64,000 nt of DNA from assembly GCA_035508155.1 (NCBI GenBank), contig DATJNM010000019.1:10488-74487 (forward strand), written 5' to 3'. The stretch is from Candidatus Sulfopaludibacter sp. (lineage in GTDB: Bacteria > Verrucomicrobiota > Verrucomicrobiia > Limisphaerales > UBA11358). Of this stretch, positions 48,441 through 59,962 are shown in pieces. The first letter of the stretch is position 1, and each line of letters starts with the position of its first letter. Below the pieces are notes generated by a model. The model did no database searches and had not been told where the DNA came from. It saw nothing but the letters and a program-made list of their open reading frames with translations. The position numbers and the translations under genes were made by a program.

Positions 48441-49101
48441 AATAGCCCGCCAGCGGTTGCTCATCGTGGACGACCATCCGATGATGCGCACCGGGCTGGC
48501 GCAATTGATTGACAACGAGCCGGACCTGAAAGTCGGCGCCGAGGCCGACAACGCCCGGCAGGCCATGGACATTGCCGTGAGCCAGCCGCTCGATTTGATC
48601 CTGCTCGACATTTCCCTGCCCGACAAAAACGGCCTGGAACTGATCAAGGACATCCGGGCGCTCAAGCCAGGGCTGCCGATTCTCGTGGTTTCCATGCACG
48701 ACGAATCGCTTTACGCCGAACGTGTCCTTCGGGCCGGCGGGCGCGGGTATATCATGAAACAGGAAGGCGGCAAAATGCTGCTCCACGCCATCCGCCAGGT
48801 GCTGAGCGGACAGATCTATGTGAGCGAAAAAATGGCCGCCGGCATTTTGGAATCCTTTTCCGGGCGTCACGCCGAGGCGGCGGTTTCCTCGGTCCAGCAG
48901 CTCTCCGACCGCGAATTTGAAGTGTTTCAATTGATTGGCCAGGGCGAAGGCAGCCGGGAGATTGCCGCTCATCTGCATTTGAGCGTAAAGACCGTTGAAG
49001 TCCACCGCCTGAACATCAAGAAGAAATTAAAATTGAAAACCGCGACCGATCTGGTGCGTCACGCCGTCCGCTGGCTGGAGACAGAAAAATCCGGCGCCTG
49101 A
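48424..49101 (+). CDS. NarL/LuxR-family response regulator
   Basis: REC is LLIVDDHPMMR...LILLDISLPDKNG. The C-terminal HTH_LuxR is LSDREFEVFQLIGQGEGSREIAAHLHLSVKTVEVHR. The GTG start overlaps the kinase stop. Confidence 0.88.
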   Translation: MVAKSKIARQRLLIVDDHPMMRTGLAQLIDNEPDLKVGAEADNARQAMDIAVSQPLDLILLDISLPDKNGLELIKDIRALKPGLPILVVSMHDESLYAERVLRAGGRGYIMKQEGGKMLLHAIRQVLSGQIYVSEKMAAGILESFSGRHAEAAVSSVQQLSDREFEVFQLIGQGEGSREIAAHLHLSVKTVEVHRLNIKKKLKLKTATDLVRHAVRWLETEKSGA

Positions 49102-49105
49102 CTGA

Positions 49106-49181
49106 CTGTAGCGGCGGCCTGTGACCGCCGCATATTCCGGCGTGAATAAAAAAATGCGGCGTTCATAGAACGCCGCTACAG
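49106..49181. terminator. Bidirectional terminator structure between convergent genes
   Basis: Hairpin 1 is gcggcgg-cctgtga-ccgccgc (49111-49131). Hairpin 2 is gcggcgtt-cata-gaacgccgc (49156-49176), preceded by an A8 run that forms a T-run on the minus strand. Both are enclosed by an 11-bp outer stem, ctgtagcggcg paired with cgccgctacag. Confidence 0.7.
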
Positions 49182-49195
49182 AGGAAACTGCCGCT

Positions 49196-49780
49196 TCACT
49201 CGCCGACACCGGCGTATTCCTCGTCCACGTGCAGGTCCGCGCCCATGAACACATAATCATGCGGCACGGTGTTCATGTCGAGAATATGGCGGGGCAAATT
49301 AAGCAACTGACTGAACCCAATGTCTTCCAGCGCGCGGATGGCCACTTTCCGTTCACCGTTGAATTCCGCCTCCAGCCGGCGCAGACCCAGTGAGCGGGCG
49401 ATTTCCACCAGCTCGGCCACCAGCATCTTGGCCACGTCGCGCCCGCGATATTGCGGATGAGTCAGAACCGTCACCAGGCCGATGTGCCGTTTCCACCCGC
49501 CGAGTCGCTGATGCAGCGTCGCCTCGCCGATGATCTTTTCCCCGTGCAACATGAGCAACGGCAGGTTGCGCTCGAAATCGGCCTCCCGGCACCATTCCTG
49601 GAACAGCGCGCGGTCGGACACCGGCTGCTTGACGAACAGCCTTTCCTCTTCCGGCACCGCCAGAAAGAATTTGTGCAACCGCGCGGCGTCCCGCCTGCCC
49701 AGCGGGCGCACGACGCATTCGGTGCCGTCACGCAATGTCACCTCGAGGGGAAACTTTTCCAACGCATAATCCAGAATCAT
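49196..49780 (-). CDS. GNAT-family acetyltransferase (Pat-type GNAT-domain-like, stand-alone)
   Basis: The ORF extends to 49900. The likely start is ATG 49780 (MILDYALEKFPLEVTLRDGTECVVRPLGRRDAARLHKFF..). The acetyl-CoA site is THPQYRGRDVAKMLV. Confidence 0.75.
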   Translation of the reverse strand: MILDYALEKFPLEVTLRDGTECVVRPLGRRDAARLHKFFLAVPEEERLFVKQPVSDRALFQEWCREADFERNLPLLMLHGEKIIGEATLHQRLGGWKRHIGLVTVLTHPQYRGRDVAKMLVAELVEIARSLGLRRLEAEFNGERKVAIRALEDIGFSQLLNLPRHILDMNTVPHDYVFMGADLHVDEEYAGVGE

Positions 49781-49998
49781 AGAGTGCCTTTCGTTGTCTG
49801 CACCCACCGTAGCACGGAATGAGATAAACTGAAACAAAAAAATTGTTACAAAAGCACATGTTATTGTACTATCCACTGGGGGGCACGGGTGTCTCTGCAC
49901 GCAAAATCAGGTAAACAGAAATCCCGGCTTGGCCCGCTCCGGATATTTTGTAGGCTGAAAGTGTTCTTGAAACACGGGCAGTCCGATTCCGCAAAAAC

Positions 49999-50025
49999 GG
50001 TAAAGTCTTTACCAAGGTTTGGTAA
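49999..50025. promoter_or_regulatory. Overlapping palindromes GGTAAAG-TC-TTTACC and TTACCAA-GGT-TTGGTAA upstream of the ACS operon
   Basis: ggtaaagtctttaccaaggtttggtaa lies 44-70 nt upstream of ATG 50069. It offers three GGTAA/TTACC half-sites. Confidence 0.35.
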
Positions 50026-50068
50026 GTAACGCGCCTAAAAACAGCGAAGTTATTATCGCGCGAACTTT

Positions 50069-52195
50069 ATGCTTGAGACACTGTTATATCCGAAGGCCGT
50101 GGCCGTGATCGGTGCGTCCCGCAGTCCGGAAAAAGTCGGGCACGCCGTCCTGGCCAATCTCGTCAACGGCGGCTTCAAAGGTACCATCGTCCCCATCAAT
50201 CCCGGCACCGATGAAATCCTCGGCCTCAAATGTTACAAGTCGCTGGCCGACTATAAAAACCCGATTGACCTCGGTATCGTGGTGGTGGGGGGCAAATACG
50301 TCAAAGGCGCGCTGCAAAGCTGCCTGGACGCCGGCGCCAAATCGGTGATTGTCATCACCGCCGGTTTCAAGGAAGTCAGCGCCGAGGGCGCCAGGGCCGA
50401 ACAGGAACTGGTGGCCCTGTGCCGGGCGCAGGGCGCCCGCATGGTCGGGCCGAATTGCCTGGGCGTTCTGAACACTGACCTCCACATGAACGCGACGTTC
50501 GCGCCGTCGGTGCCGCCGCCGGGAAAAATTTCCGTCATCTCCCAGTCCGGCGCGCTGTGCGTGGCCATCCTGGACTGGGCCGCCAACCAAAAGCTCGGCT
50601 TGGGCAAGGTCATCAGTTTTGGCAACAAGGCAGACCTCAACGAGGCCGATTTCATCCAGGCGCTCGCGGAAGACAAGGCCACCAATGTCATCGCCGGTTA
50701 CCTGGAAAGCATCAAGGAAGGCGACAAATTTCTGCGGGTGGCGGAACAGGCGGCCGCCATCAAACCGGTGGTCATCCTGAAAGTCGGTATCACACAGGCC
50801 GGCGCCAAGGCGGCTTCGTCGCATACCGGCAGCCTGGCCGGCGCCGACATCGCCTACGGCGCGGCTTTCAAGCGCGCGGGGGTCATTCGCGCGGAAAATT
50901 TTGAGGCGCTGTTCGATTATGCCGCCGCCTTTGCCATGCAGCCTCTGCCCAACGGTGAACGCGTGGCCATCATCACCAACGCCGGCGGTCCGGGCATCAT
51001 GGCGGCCGATGCCGCCGAAGGATTGGGTTTGAAAATGGTTTCGCCGAGCAAGGAAAGTGACGCGAAACTCCGGACTTTCCTGCCCGCGTCGGCGGCGTTT
51101 GGCAATCCGGTGGACGTGATTGGCGACGCCGAGCCGGACCGTTACGCAAAGGCGTTCGAGGTCATGCAGGATGATGAAAGGACCGACGCAATTGTGGTGG
51201 TCGTCACGCCGCAAAACATGACGCGCCCGCTCGAACTGGCGGAAAAGCTCGGCGAGACGTCCCGCCGCTGCGGGAGCAAGAAGCCGGTGCTGGCCGTGTT
51301 CATGGGCGGCACGGAAGTGGCCGCCGCGAAGGAAAAGTTGATGGCCGTAGGCATCCCGAATTATCCATCGCCCGACCGCGCCATCACTGCGTTGCGGGCG
51401 ATGTGCGATTACGCAGCGTGGCGGCGCCGGCCGGCCCGCATCGTGACCCGGTTCCCGGTCAACCGCCGCCGCGTGGATCGTGTCATTCACATGCAGATGC
51501 GCAGCGGCGAGGCCCAGATCGGCGAGGTGGAGGCCAAGGAAATTCTGCGCGCCTACGATTTCAATGTGTTGGGCGGCCAGATTGCCCGGACATCGGATGA
51601 AGCGGTGGAAATCAGCGAGCGACTGAGTTATCCCGTCGTGCTGAAAATTTCATCGCCGGACATCATTCACAAATCCGATTTCGGCGGCGTGCGCATCAAC
51701 CTGGCCAACGCCGAACAGGTGCGTGACGCGTTCGACCTGATGATGTTGCGCATTCAGAAACGCGCCCCCAACGCGCATCTGCGAGGCGCTTACGTGGAAA
51801 AGATGGGCCAGCGCGGGCGCGAAGTGATTCTGGGCATGACCCGCGATCCGCAGTTCGGACCAATGTTGATGTTCGGCCTGGGCGGCATTTTTGTCGAGGT
51901 GATGAAGGACGTGACCTTTCATCTGGCGCCCATCACGGCGGAGGAAGCAATGCAGATGTTGAAAGGCACGCGCTCTTACGCCCTGCTGCAAGGCGCGCGC
52001 GGCCAAGCGCCCGTTGATTTGGACGCCATTGCCGGCGCGTTGCAACGCATCAGCCAGTTGGCCACGGACTATCCGGAAATCAAGGAACTGGACATCAACC
52101 CCTTTATCGTCGGTCCGGTCGGCATGCCGGCGTACGTGGCGGATGCGCGCATGACCCTGGCGGGTCTGGTCGTCATCGAGAGGAACCATGAGTAA
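50069..52195 (+). CDS. ADP-forming acetyl-CoA synthetase-family protein (CoA-binding, ligase-CoA and ATP-grasp domains)
   Basis: 708 aa. LYPKAVAVIGASRSPEKVG (CoA binding), the phosphohistidine loop ASSHTGSLAG (intact), and a C-terminal ATP-grasp (ISSPDIIHKSDFGGV). Confidence 0.85.
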   Translation: MLETLLYPKAVAVIGASRSPEKVGHAVLANLVNGGFKGTIVPINPGTDEILGLKCYKSLADYKNPIDLGIVVVGGKYVKGALQSCLDAGAKSVIVITAGFKEVSAEGARAEQELVALCRAQGARMVGPNCLGVLNTDLHMNATFAPSVPPPGKISVISQSGALCVAILDWAANQKLGLGKVISFGNKADLNEADFIQALAEDKATNVIAGYLESIKEGDKFLRVAEQAAAIKPVVILKVGITQAGAKAASSHTGSLAGADIAYGAAFKRAGVIRAENFEALFDYAAAFAMQPLPNGERVAIITNAGGPGIMAADAAEGLGLKMVSPSKESDAKLRTFLPASAAFGNPVDVIGDAEPDRYAKAFEVMQDDERTDAIVVVVTPQNMTRPLELAEKLGETSRRCGSKKPVLAVFMGGTEVAAAKEKLMAVGIPNYPSPDRAITALRAMCDYAAWRRRPARIVTRFPVNRRRVDRVIHMQMRSGEAQIGEVEAKEILRAYDFNVLGGQIARTSDEAVEISERLSYPVVLKISSPDIIHKSDFGGVRINLANAEQVRDAFDLMMLRIQKRAPNAHLRGAYVEKMGQRGREVILGMTRDPQFGPMLMFGLGGIFVEVMKDVTFHLAPITAEEAMQMLKGTRSYALLQGARGQAPVDLDAIAGALQRISQLATDYPEIKELDINPFIVGPVGMPAYVADARMTLAGLVVIERNHE

Positions 52196-54062
52196 ACCCA
52201 TTTCATACGATCCCAAATGGCAGGAAACCTACCGGCCGCAAATCCTGAACGCGGCGGACGCGGTCAAAAAAATCCGGCCCGGCCAGCGCATCTTCATCGG
52301 CACCGGCGTGGGTGAACCGCTGCAACTGGTCAGCGCCCTGACCAAACGCGCCACCGAATTGCCGGACACCGAGATTGTGCATCTGCTCACGTTCGGCGCG
52401 GCGCCCTACGCCCATCGGGAGCTGGCGCAGTATTTCCGCGTCAACAGCTTCTTCATCGCCGAGAACGTCCGCGACATCATCCAGGAAGGTCTGGGTGATT
52501 ATACGCCAATTCATTTGTCCGATATTCCGCGCCTCTTCGATTCGGGCCAGTTGCCGCTCGACGTGGCCTTGATTCAGGTGACACCGCCGGACAAGGATGG
52601 GATTTGCAGTCTGGGCGTCTCGGTGGACATCGTCAAAAGCGCCGCCGCCAACGCATCGCTGGTCATCGCCCAGGTCAACCCCCGGATGCCGCGCACGCTG
52701 GGCGATTCGTTCATTCACGCCTACGACATTGACGTGCTGGTGCCGGGCGAGGAAGCCATTCTGGAGGTCAAACCGCCCGAAGTCACCGACACAACCAGGC
52801 AGATTGCCGAGAACCTGTCCGCCTTGATTGAAGACGGCTCCACCCTCGAAATCGGCCTCGGACGGATTCCGCAGGCCCTGGTCAGTTTCCTCAAGGATAA
52901 AAAGGACCTCGGCATCCACACCGAAATGATTTCCGACGACGTGATTGAACTGATTGAAGCGGGCGTCATCACCGGCGCGCGCAAAACCGTGGACCGGGGC
53001 AAGATCGTGACCAGTTTCTGCCTGGGCACGCAGAAGCTCTATGATTTGGTGGACAACAACCCCATGTTCGCCTTCCACCCGACGGAATACGTGAACAGCC
53101 CCTTCATCATCCATCAACAGCACAAGATGGTGGCCATCAACACCGCGCTGGAGGTGGACCTCACCGGCCAGGTCTGCGCCGATTCGCTGGGCGCGAAATT
53201 TTTCTCCGGCGTCGGCGGCCAGGTGGACTTCAACCGCGGCGCGGCGAAAGCCCCCGGTGGCAAGGCGATCATCGCCCTGCCCTCGACCGCCCAGGGCGGC
53301 AGCGTTTCACGCATCGTCGTGCAGCTCAGTCCTGGCGCAGGCGTCGTCACCACCCGGGCGGGTGTATTTTACGTTGTCACCGAATACGGCGTGGCCTATC
53401 TGCACGGCAAGAGCGTGCAGGAACGCGCACTGGCGCTCATCAGCGTCGCGCACCCGAAATTCCGCGCCGACCTGCTTCGCGAGGCGATTGAAGCCAAATA
53501 TCTCTCCGCCACCATGTCGGACAAGGAAGGCAAAATCCTGGTTGGACCAAAAGAACTGCGCACCACGTACCTGCTCAACGACGGCACGCTGCTCAATTTC
53601 CGCCCGATCCATCCGACCGACGAGCCGCGGATGCGCGACCTGTTTTACAAATTGTCCGAGGCGACGATTTATTATCGTTTCATGAGCCATCAGAAACGGG
53701 TGTCGCGGCATCAGATTCAGGATTTCGTTTACATTGACCACCGCAACGACGTGACCATCGTCGGCACGCTGCCCGATGCCTCCGGAGAGGAAATCCTCGC
53801 CGTCGGCAGTTATTATCTCGACCAGAAGACGAACCTGGCGGAAGTGGCGTTTGTGGTGGGTGACAAATGGCAGAATCACGGCATCGGCACCTTCCTCCTG
53901 AAGCACCTGATGCGCATTGCCCGGCGCAACGGCATCCGCGGGTTCACCGCCGAGGTGCTCACGGACAACAAGTCCATGCAGGCCGTCGTCAACAAATCCA
54001 ATTGCAAGGTCAGCAGCAAGCTCAGCGGCAACGTGTACAGCTACGAGATGGATTTTGAGTAG
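52188..54062 (+). CDS. Acetyl-CoA hydrolase/transferase domain fused to a C-terminal Pat-type GNAT domain
   Basis: 624 aa. The N-terminal roughly 430 aa resemble 4-hydroxybutyrate/acetyl-CoA transferases (GQRIFIGTGVGEP.., GIHTEMISD, GGQVDF). The C-terminal roughly 170 aa read LNDGTLLNFRPIHPTDEPRMRDLFYKLS..TIYYRF...WQNHGIGTFLL. The start overlaps the upstream stop by 8 nt. Confidence 0.8.
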   Translation: MSKPISYDPKWQETYRPQILNAADAVKKIRPGQRIFIGTGVGEPLQLVSALTKRATELPDTEIVHLLTFGAAPYAHRELAQYFRVNSFFIAENVRDIIQEGLGDYTPIHLSDIPRLFDSGQLPLDVALIQVTPPDKDGICSLGVSVDIVKSAAANASLVIAQVNPRMPRTLGDSFIHAYDIDVLVPGEEAILEVKPPEVTDTTRQIAENLSALIEDGSTLEIGLGRIPQALVSFLKDKKDLGIHTEMISDDVIELIEAGVITGARKTVDRGKIVTSFCLGTQKLYDLVDNNPMFAFHPTEYVNSPFIIHQQHKMVAINTALEVDLTGQVCADSLGAKFFSGVGGQVDFNRGAAKAPGGKAIIALPSTAQGGSVSRIVVQLSPGAGVVTTRAGVFYVVTEYGVAYLHGKSVQERALALISVAHPKFRADLLREAIEAKYLSATMSDKEGKILVGPKELRTTYLLNDGTLLNFRPIHPTDEPRMRDLFYKLSEATIYYRFMSHQKRVSRHQIQDFVYIDHRNDVTIVGTLPDASGEEILAVGSYYLDQKTNLAEVAFVVGDKWQNHGIGTFLLKHLMRIARRNGIRGFTAEVLTDNKSMQAVVNKSNCKVSSKLSGNVYSYEMDFE

Positions 54063-54079
54063 GTTTCCTTTTTGCCCGG

Positions 54080-54105
54080 ATTTGCGCTGGCAGTTTAGCG
54101 CAAAT
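54080..54105 (+). terminator. Hairpin after the CoA-transferase::GNAT gene
   Basis: atttgcgct (54080-54088), an 8-nt loop, then agcgcaaat (54097-54105). There is no clear T-run. Confidence 0.4.
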
Positions 54106-54161
54106 GCCGGATGCAAAAAGGCTGGGCGCGCTTGAATGGATGCAAAGACGGTAAGGCTTTA

Positions 54162-54659
54162 ACACGAATTGCGCGAATGAGCACGAATTGAAGTCACGAA
54201 GTGGCTGGCGACAATAGCCCACGGCTTCAGCCGTGGGTCAACCGTCCAAAATAATATCAAGCCCCGGAGGGGCGGCAGAATGTTCCATCACCCAATCCTT
54301 GAAGTCTCCGCCCTCTCAATTCCTTAATTTCTTCCGCCAGCTTTTCCGCCTGTTGCTGCAACTCCACGCTTTCCTGTTCCAGCAATTTGCTCCGCTCCGC
54401 TGCCAGTTCCTCCAGCACACCGGGTCGTTGCTCGACGATGCCGCACAGCTCGTATTCCGCGCTTTCCTTCAATTGCTCCAGCGATTCGATGACGGCGATG
54501 ACTTACAGTTGCAACGATTCATGGATGCAACCCCGTTGGGGTTGGAAATGTTTGTTGGCACGCCACCCGGCGTAGCCCGATTGCATCGGTCAACGCCGGG
54601 CTGATTTCCGTAGCGCCTTCAGCGCATTTTAAATTCGCGCCCATTCGCGAAATTCGTGT
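54162..54659. repeat. 498-bp segment bounded by 28-bp imperfect inverted repeats (MITE-like or degraded cassette)
   Basis: The left repeat is acacgaattgcgcgaatgagcacgaatt (54162-54189). The reverse complement of the right repeat (54632-54659) is acacgaatttcgcgaatgggcgcgaatt, matching at 25/28 positions. The interior holds short hairpins and only a 71-codon TTG-start ORF on the minus strand. Confidence 0.6.
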
Positions 54660-55307
54660 CAATCTCTGCGTCTCCGCGTCCCTGCGTTGGAATTTCCGCC
54701 GTGCAAGGATTCCTTCCTGGCCAAAACCAAAGGCGCGCCGCGAGATAGGTTCAACAGAAGCCAACGAAGGGAACGAAGAAAAGATTCCTTGCTGTGTTTG
54801 CTCCGTTTTCTTCTGTAGAGGTTTTGCCTTTGAATCCGCCGGAGCGAAAATCACCCCCGGTTCATTTCATAAATCACCGGCCTAATCCACCCAAAAAAAA
54901 TCAAACAATTAGCAAAAATGGTTGAGCAATATCATTTTGCTGAGTTTAACTTATTTATGCGAACTCGGACAACGTGTGTCGCAGGCAGCGTCGGCATGGA
55001 CAGAGTGGACCGGTTCTGTGAAGCAGGACCGGGTCGCCACGAAAACTGGCGCTGGTGCAGGTGAATCCTGCCCGACGAACGTTCCGTAAGTTTGCCGGCG
55101 GAGATGTGCCCCCGCCGGGCGAAATGGCATCACAACTGGTCGCCGGAAGACATTCCTGACAGGGGAAAAGTCCAGCGCCGGACAGGATGAGATGACCGTA
55201 ATGCGCGAACAATTACTGGCTCGGCAGGCCACGGAGCGTTTCAGGCGCTCTTGGGGAAGTCCCCATGTTTTGGTCCGGCCGGGCGTTCGCATCCCCCTCC
55301 TCCGCTC

Positions 55308-56521
55308 ATGAACCATCGCAAGCTCGCCTTCCTTTACCCGCCTGAAGTCGAAAGGCTGAGTTACCCGCCCGATTGTCCGTTCAAAACCCAGCGCGTCAAG
55401 CTGACGCGCGAACGATTGAAATCCTTCGGTCTGCTCGGCAGTGAAGACCGCTTTGAAGTTGCGCCGCCACCGGCCTCTCCGGACCAGTTGCAATGGTTTC
55501 ACTCGGCCCGTTACCTGGAGGAACTTCAGCGGGCGGCGAATGGAGACTTGACGGTGCAGGGCTGGAACATGGGTCTTGGCGGACCGGACACTCCGGTGTT
55601 CACGGACATGTTCGACTGCGGGGCCTGGGCCTGCGGTGCCGGATTGGCGGCCGCCGATTTGCTGTTGCAACGCAAAGCCGACGTCGCGTTCAATTTGCTG
55701 GGCGGTTTTCATCATGCCATGGCCGAGCGCGCGGCGGGGTTTTGCTTTCTTAACGACGTGGTGCTCGCCTGCGTGAAACTCGCCGGGGCCGGTCGCCGGG
55801 TTTTGTACCTGGACGTGGACGCGCATCACGGCGACGGCGTGCAATCGGCGTTTTATCGGCGCGACGACGTGTTGACCATTTCCCTTCATGAAACCGGACG
55901 GACGCTTTTCCCCTGGGGTGGTTTTGAAGATGAAATCGGCGAGGGCCTGGGCCTGGGATTCAACGTCAATGTCCCCCTGCCACCGGAAGCCTACGATGAA
56001 GCCTTCTTGAAGGCATTCGACCGCGTGGTGCTGCCGCTGATGGAGGCTTATTCCCCCGACGTCATCGTTCTGGAGCTGGGCATGGACACGCTGGCGGGCG
56101 ATCCGCTGACGCATCTGCGCATGACCAACAATATCGTGGTGGAACTCCTTGCACCCCTGCTGCAACGCGGCTGTCCGCTGCTCGTGGCCGGCGGCGGCGG
56201 CTATCACGTCGAGAACACCGTCCGCGGCTGGGCGCTGGCCTGGCGGACGTGCTGCGGCGAGGACGGGGAAGATTCCGGGATGGGCATGGGGGGCGTCATG
56301 CTGGCCAACACGGAATGGGCGGGCGGTTTGCGGGATCGGACGCTGGCGGTAACGGCGGAACAACGGCGGGCGGTTGAACCGGAATTGCAGGCCACCCTTC
56401 AGAACATAACCCATCACATCTTCCAATTTCACGGGATTTGCGCCGGTCCAAGGCGATCGGCCACGGTGCCCGGATGGTCCCTCCCTACCGACAACCACAC
56501 CAAACCCAACAGGAGTGCATT

Positions 56522-56525
<4 letters not shown>
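55308..56525 (+). CDS. acuC: Histone-deacetylase-family protein deacetylase (AcuC-like)
   Basis: The ORF runs from 55251, and ATG 55308 gives [17 protein letters not shown] motifs are GGFHHA, the Zn ligands in [13 protein letters not shown], and GGGGY. Confidence 0.8.
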
Positions 56526-58519
<1,994 letters not shown>

Positions 58520-58578
58520 GGTCGGAGGCGCGTTGCCGGGGCCTTCCGCCCCGGCAGCCGCCCACGGCAAAAAAAAAT

Positions 58579-59913
58579 ATGCGATTAAGCGAACACCGGG
58601 TCTTTTTGCAATTTGTCGGGCTGGCCGTTCTGGCCGGTTCCGTGTCGGCGGCCGACACCAATCTCACCTGGAAAGCCGACGTCACGTTGAAGGAGACCTA
58701 TGATAACAACGTTTACATCACGGACATCGCGCCCCTGCCGGCCAATGTCACCGCGGCGGCCGCTGCCGGGCTGCACGCCGTGTCCCTTCTGAAATCGTCC
58801 TTTGTCACCACCATCCTTCCGCGCTTCGGATTGAACTACCAGCCCGGCGAGGCGTTCAACGTGTCGGCGTTTTACGCGCCGGAGATTGCACTCTACACCT
58901 CGGCGGAAGACGAGGATTATGCGGCGCACCGCGTCACGCTTAATTTCACCGGCAAAATCAAGGACGCCACCTGGGAATTGCTCAACAGCCCGACGTTTAT
59001 CGAGGGCAGCACGGTGGGCCCGACGTTTGCCCGGCCCGACGATTGCCCGGCCATCGGCGGCATTCCGCTGCGCGATCGGCGCGAGCAGTTTGTTTTCCGC
59101 AACACATTCCGCGTGACACTGCCGTTCGGCAAATGGTTCATCCGCCCGGTGGCCGCGAGTTACTACCACGATTTCCTGACCGACCAGCGGTTGAATGTGA
59201 ACCCGGCCTATACCTACGAAAATTACCTGGATCGGCAGGACGTGAATGGCGGTGTGGACGTCGGCTATAACGTCGGTCACTCCACCTTTGTCGTGCTCGG
59301 CTATCGCTACGGCCGGGAGGACCAGTTCGTCGGGCCGAACGCGGCCAATACCGCGTTCACGGACAGTCCCTACGACAGTTCCTATCACCGTATCCTGCTG
59401 GGCGTGGAAGGCAGTCCGACCCCGTGGCTGAAGCTGGCTGCGCTGGGCGGCCCGGAAATCCGCGATTGGGCGGACGGCACACCGGCGGGCTTCGACCGCA
59501 ACCGCCAGCTTTACTGGGTGGACGCCACCGCGAGCGTGTTGCCGGACAAAAACGACACGGTGACGTTGCTGTTCCGGCGTTACGAACAGCCGGCGTTTTC
59601 CAGCCAGAGCGTTTACGAAGACATCACGTACAGCGCGACCTGGAAACACAAGTTCAACGATCATTGGACGGCCGGTGCCGGGTTCCAGCTTTACATCGGC
59701 GACTGGCAGGAGCCGGTAAACCGCGACGACTGGATTTACACGCCCAGCGCCGGCTTGACCTACATCTACAACCAACACCTGAACGCCGAACTGGCCTGGT
59801 CCTATGATTTGGTGGACAACAAAACGCCGACGACCGCGACGGGCGCAACCTACGCGGATGGCCGTGAGTTTTCGCGCAACCTCGTGTCGCTGGCGGTGAA
59901 GTACACGTTCTGA
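58579..59913 (+). CDS. Outer-membrane beta-barrel protein (putative porin, BBP2-like)
   Basis: Signal peptide ...LAVLAGSVSAAD, the early ETYDNNVY motif, alternating strand pattern, and a terminal VKYTF. Confidence 0.65.
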   Translation: MRLSEHRVFLQFVGLAVLAGSVSAADTNLTWKADVTLKETYDNNVYITDIAPLPANVTAAAAAGLHAVSLLKSSFVTTILPRFGLNYQPGEAFNVSAFYAPEIALYTSAEDEDYAAHRVTLNFTGKIKDATWELLNSPTFIEGSTVGPTFARPDDCPAIGGIPLRDRREQFVFRNTFRVTLPFGKWFIRPVAASYYHDFLTDQRLNVNPAYTYENYLDRQDVNGGVDVGYNVGHSTFVVLGYRYGREDQFVGPNAANTAFTDSPYDSSYHRILLGVEGSPTPWLKLAALGGPEIRDWADGTPAGFDRNRQLYWVDATASVLPDKNDTVTLLFRRYEQPAFSSQSVYEDITYSATWKHKFNDHWTAGAGFQLYIGDWQEPVNRDDWIYTPSAGLTYIYNQHLNAELAWSYDLVDNKTPTTATGATYADGREFSRNLVSLAVKYTF

Positions 59914-59962
59914 ACGGAGAACGAAGGTAAGGCCTGAACTGGCCGCTCTCGCCAGTGGCCGA

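Noticed and set aside
54257-54472. 71-codon coiled-coil ORF (TTG start, minus strand) inside the inverted-repeat-bounded unit
   Set aside because: It has no ATG or GTG start, a stop codon lies immediately upstream in frame, there is no family match I can recall, and its 3' end runs into a generic repeat word. It is kept only as part of the repeat-island finding.
54951-56498. 515-aa ORF on the minus strand
   Set aside because: It is antisense to the AcuC-like deacetylase, which carries the canonical HDAC Zn-site motifs.
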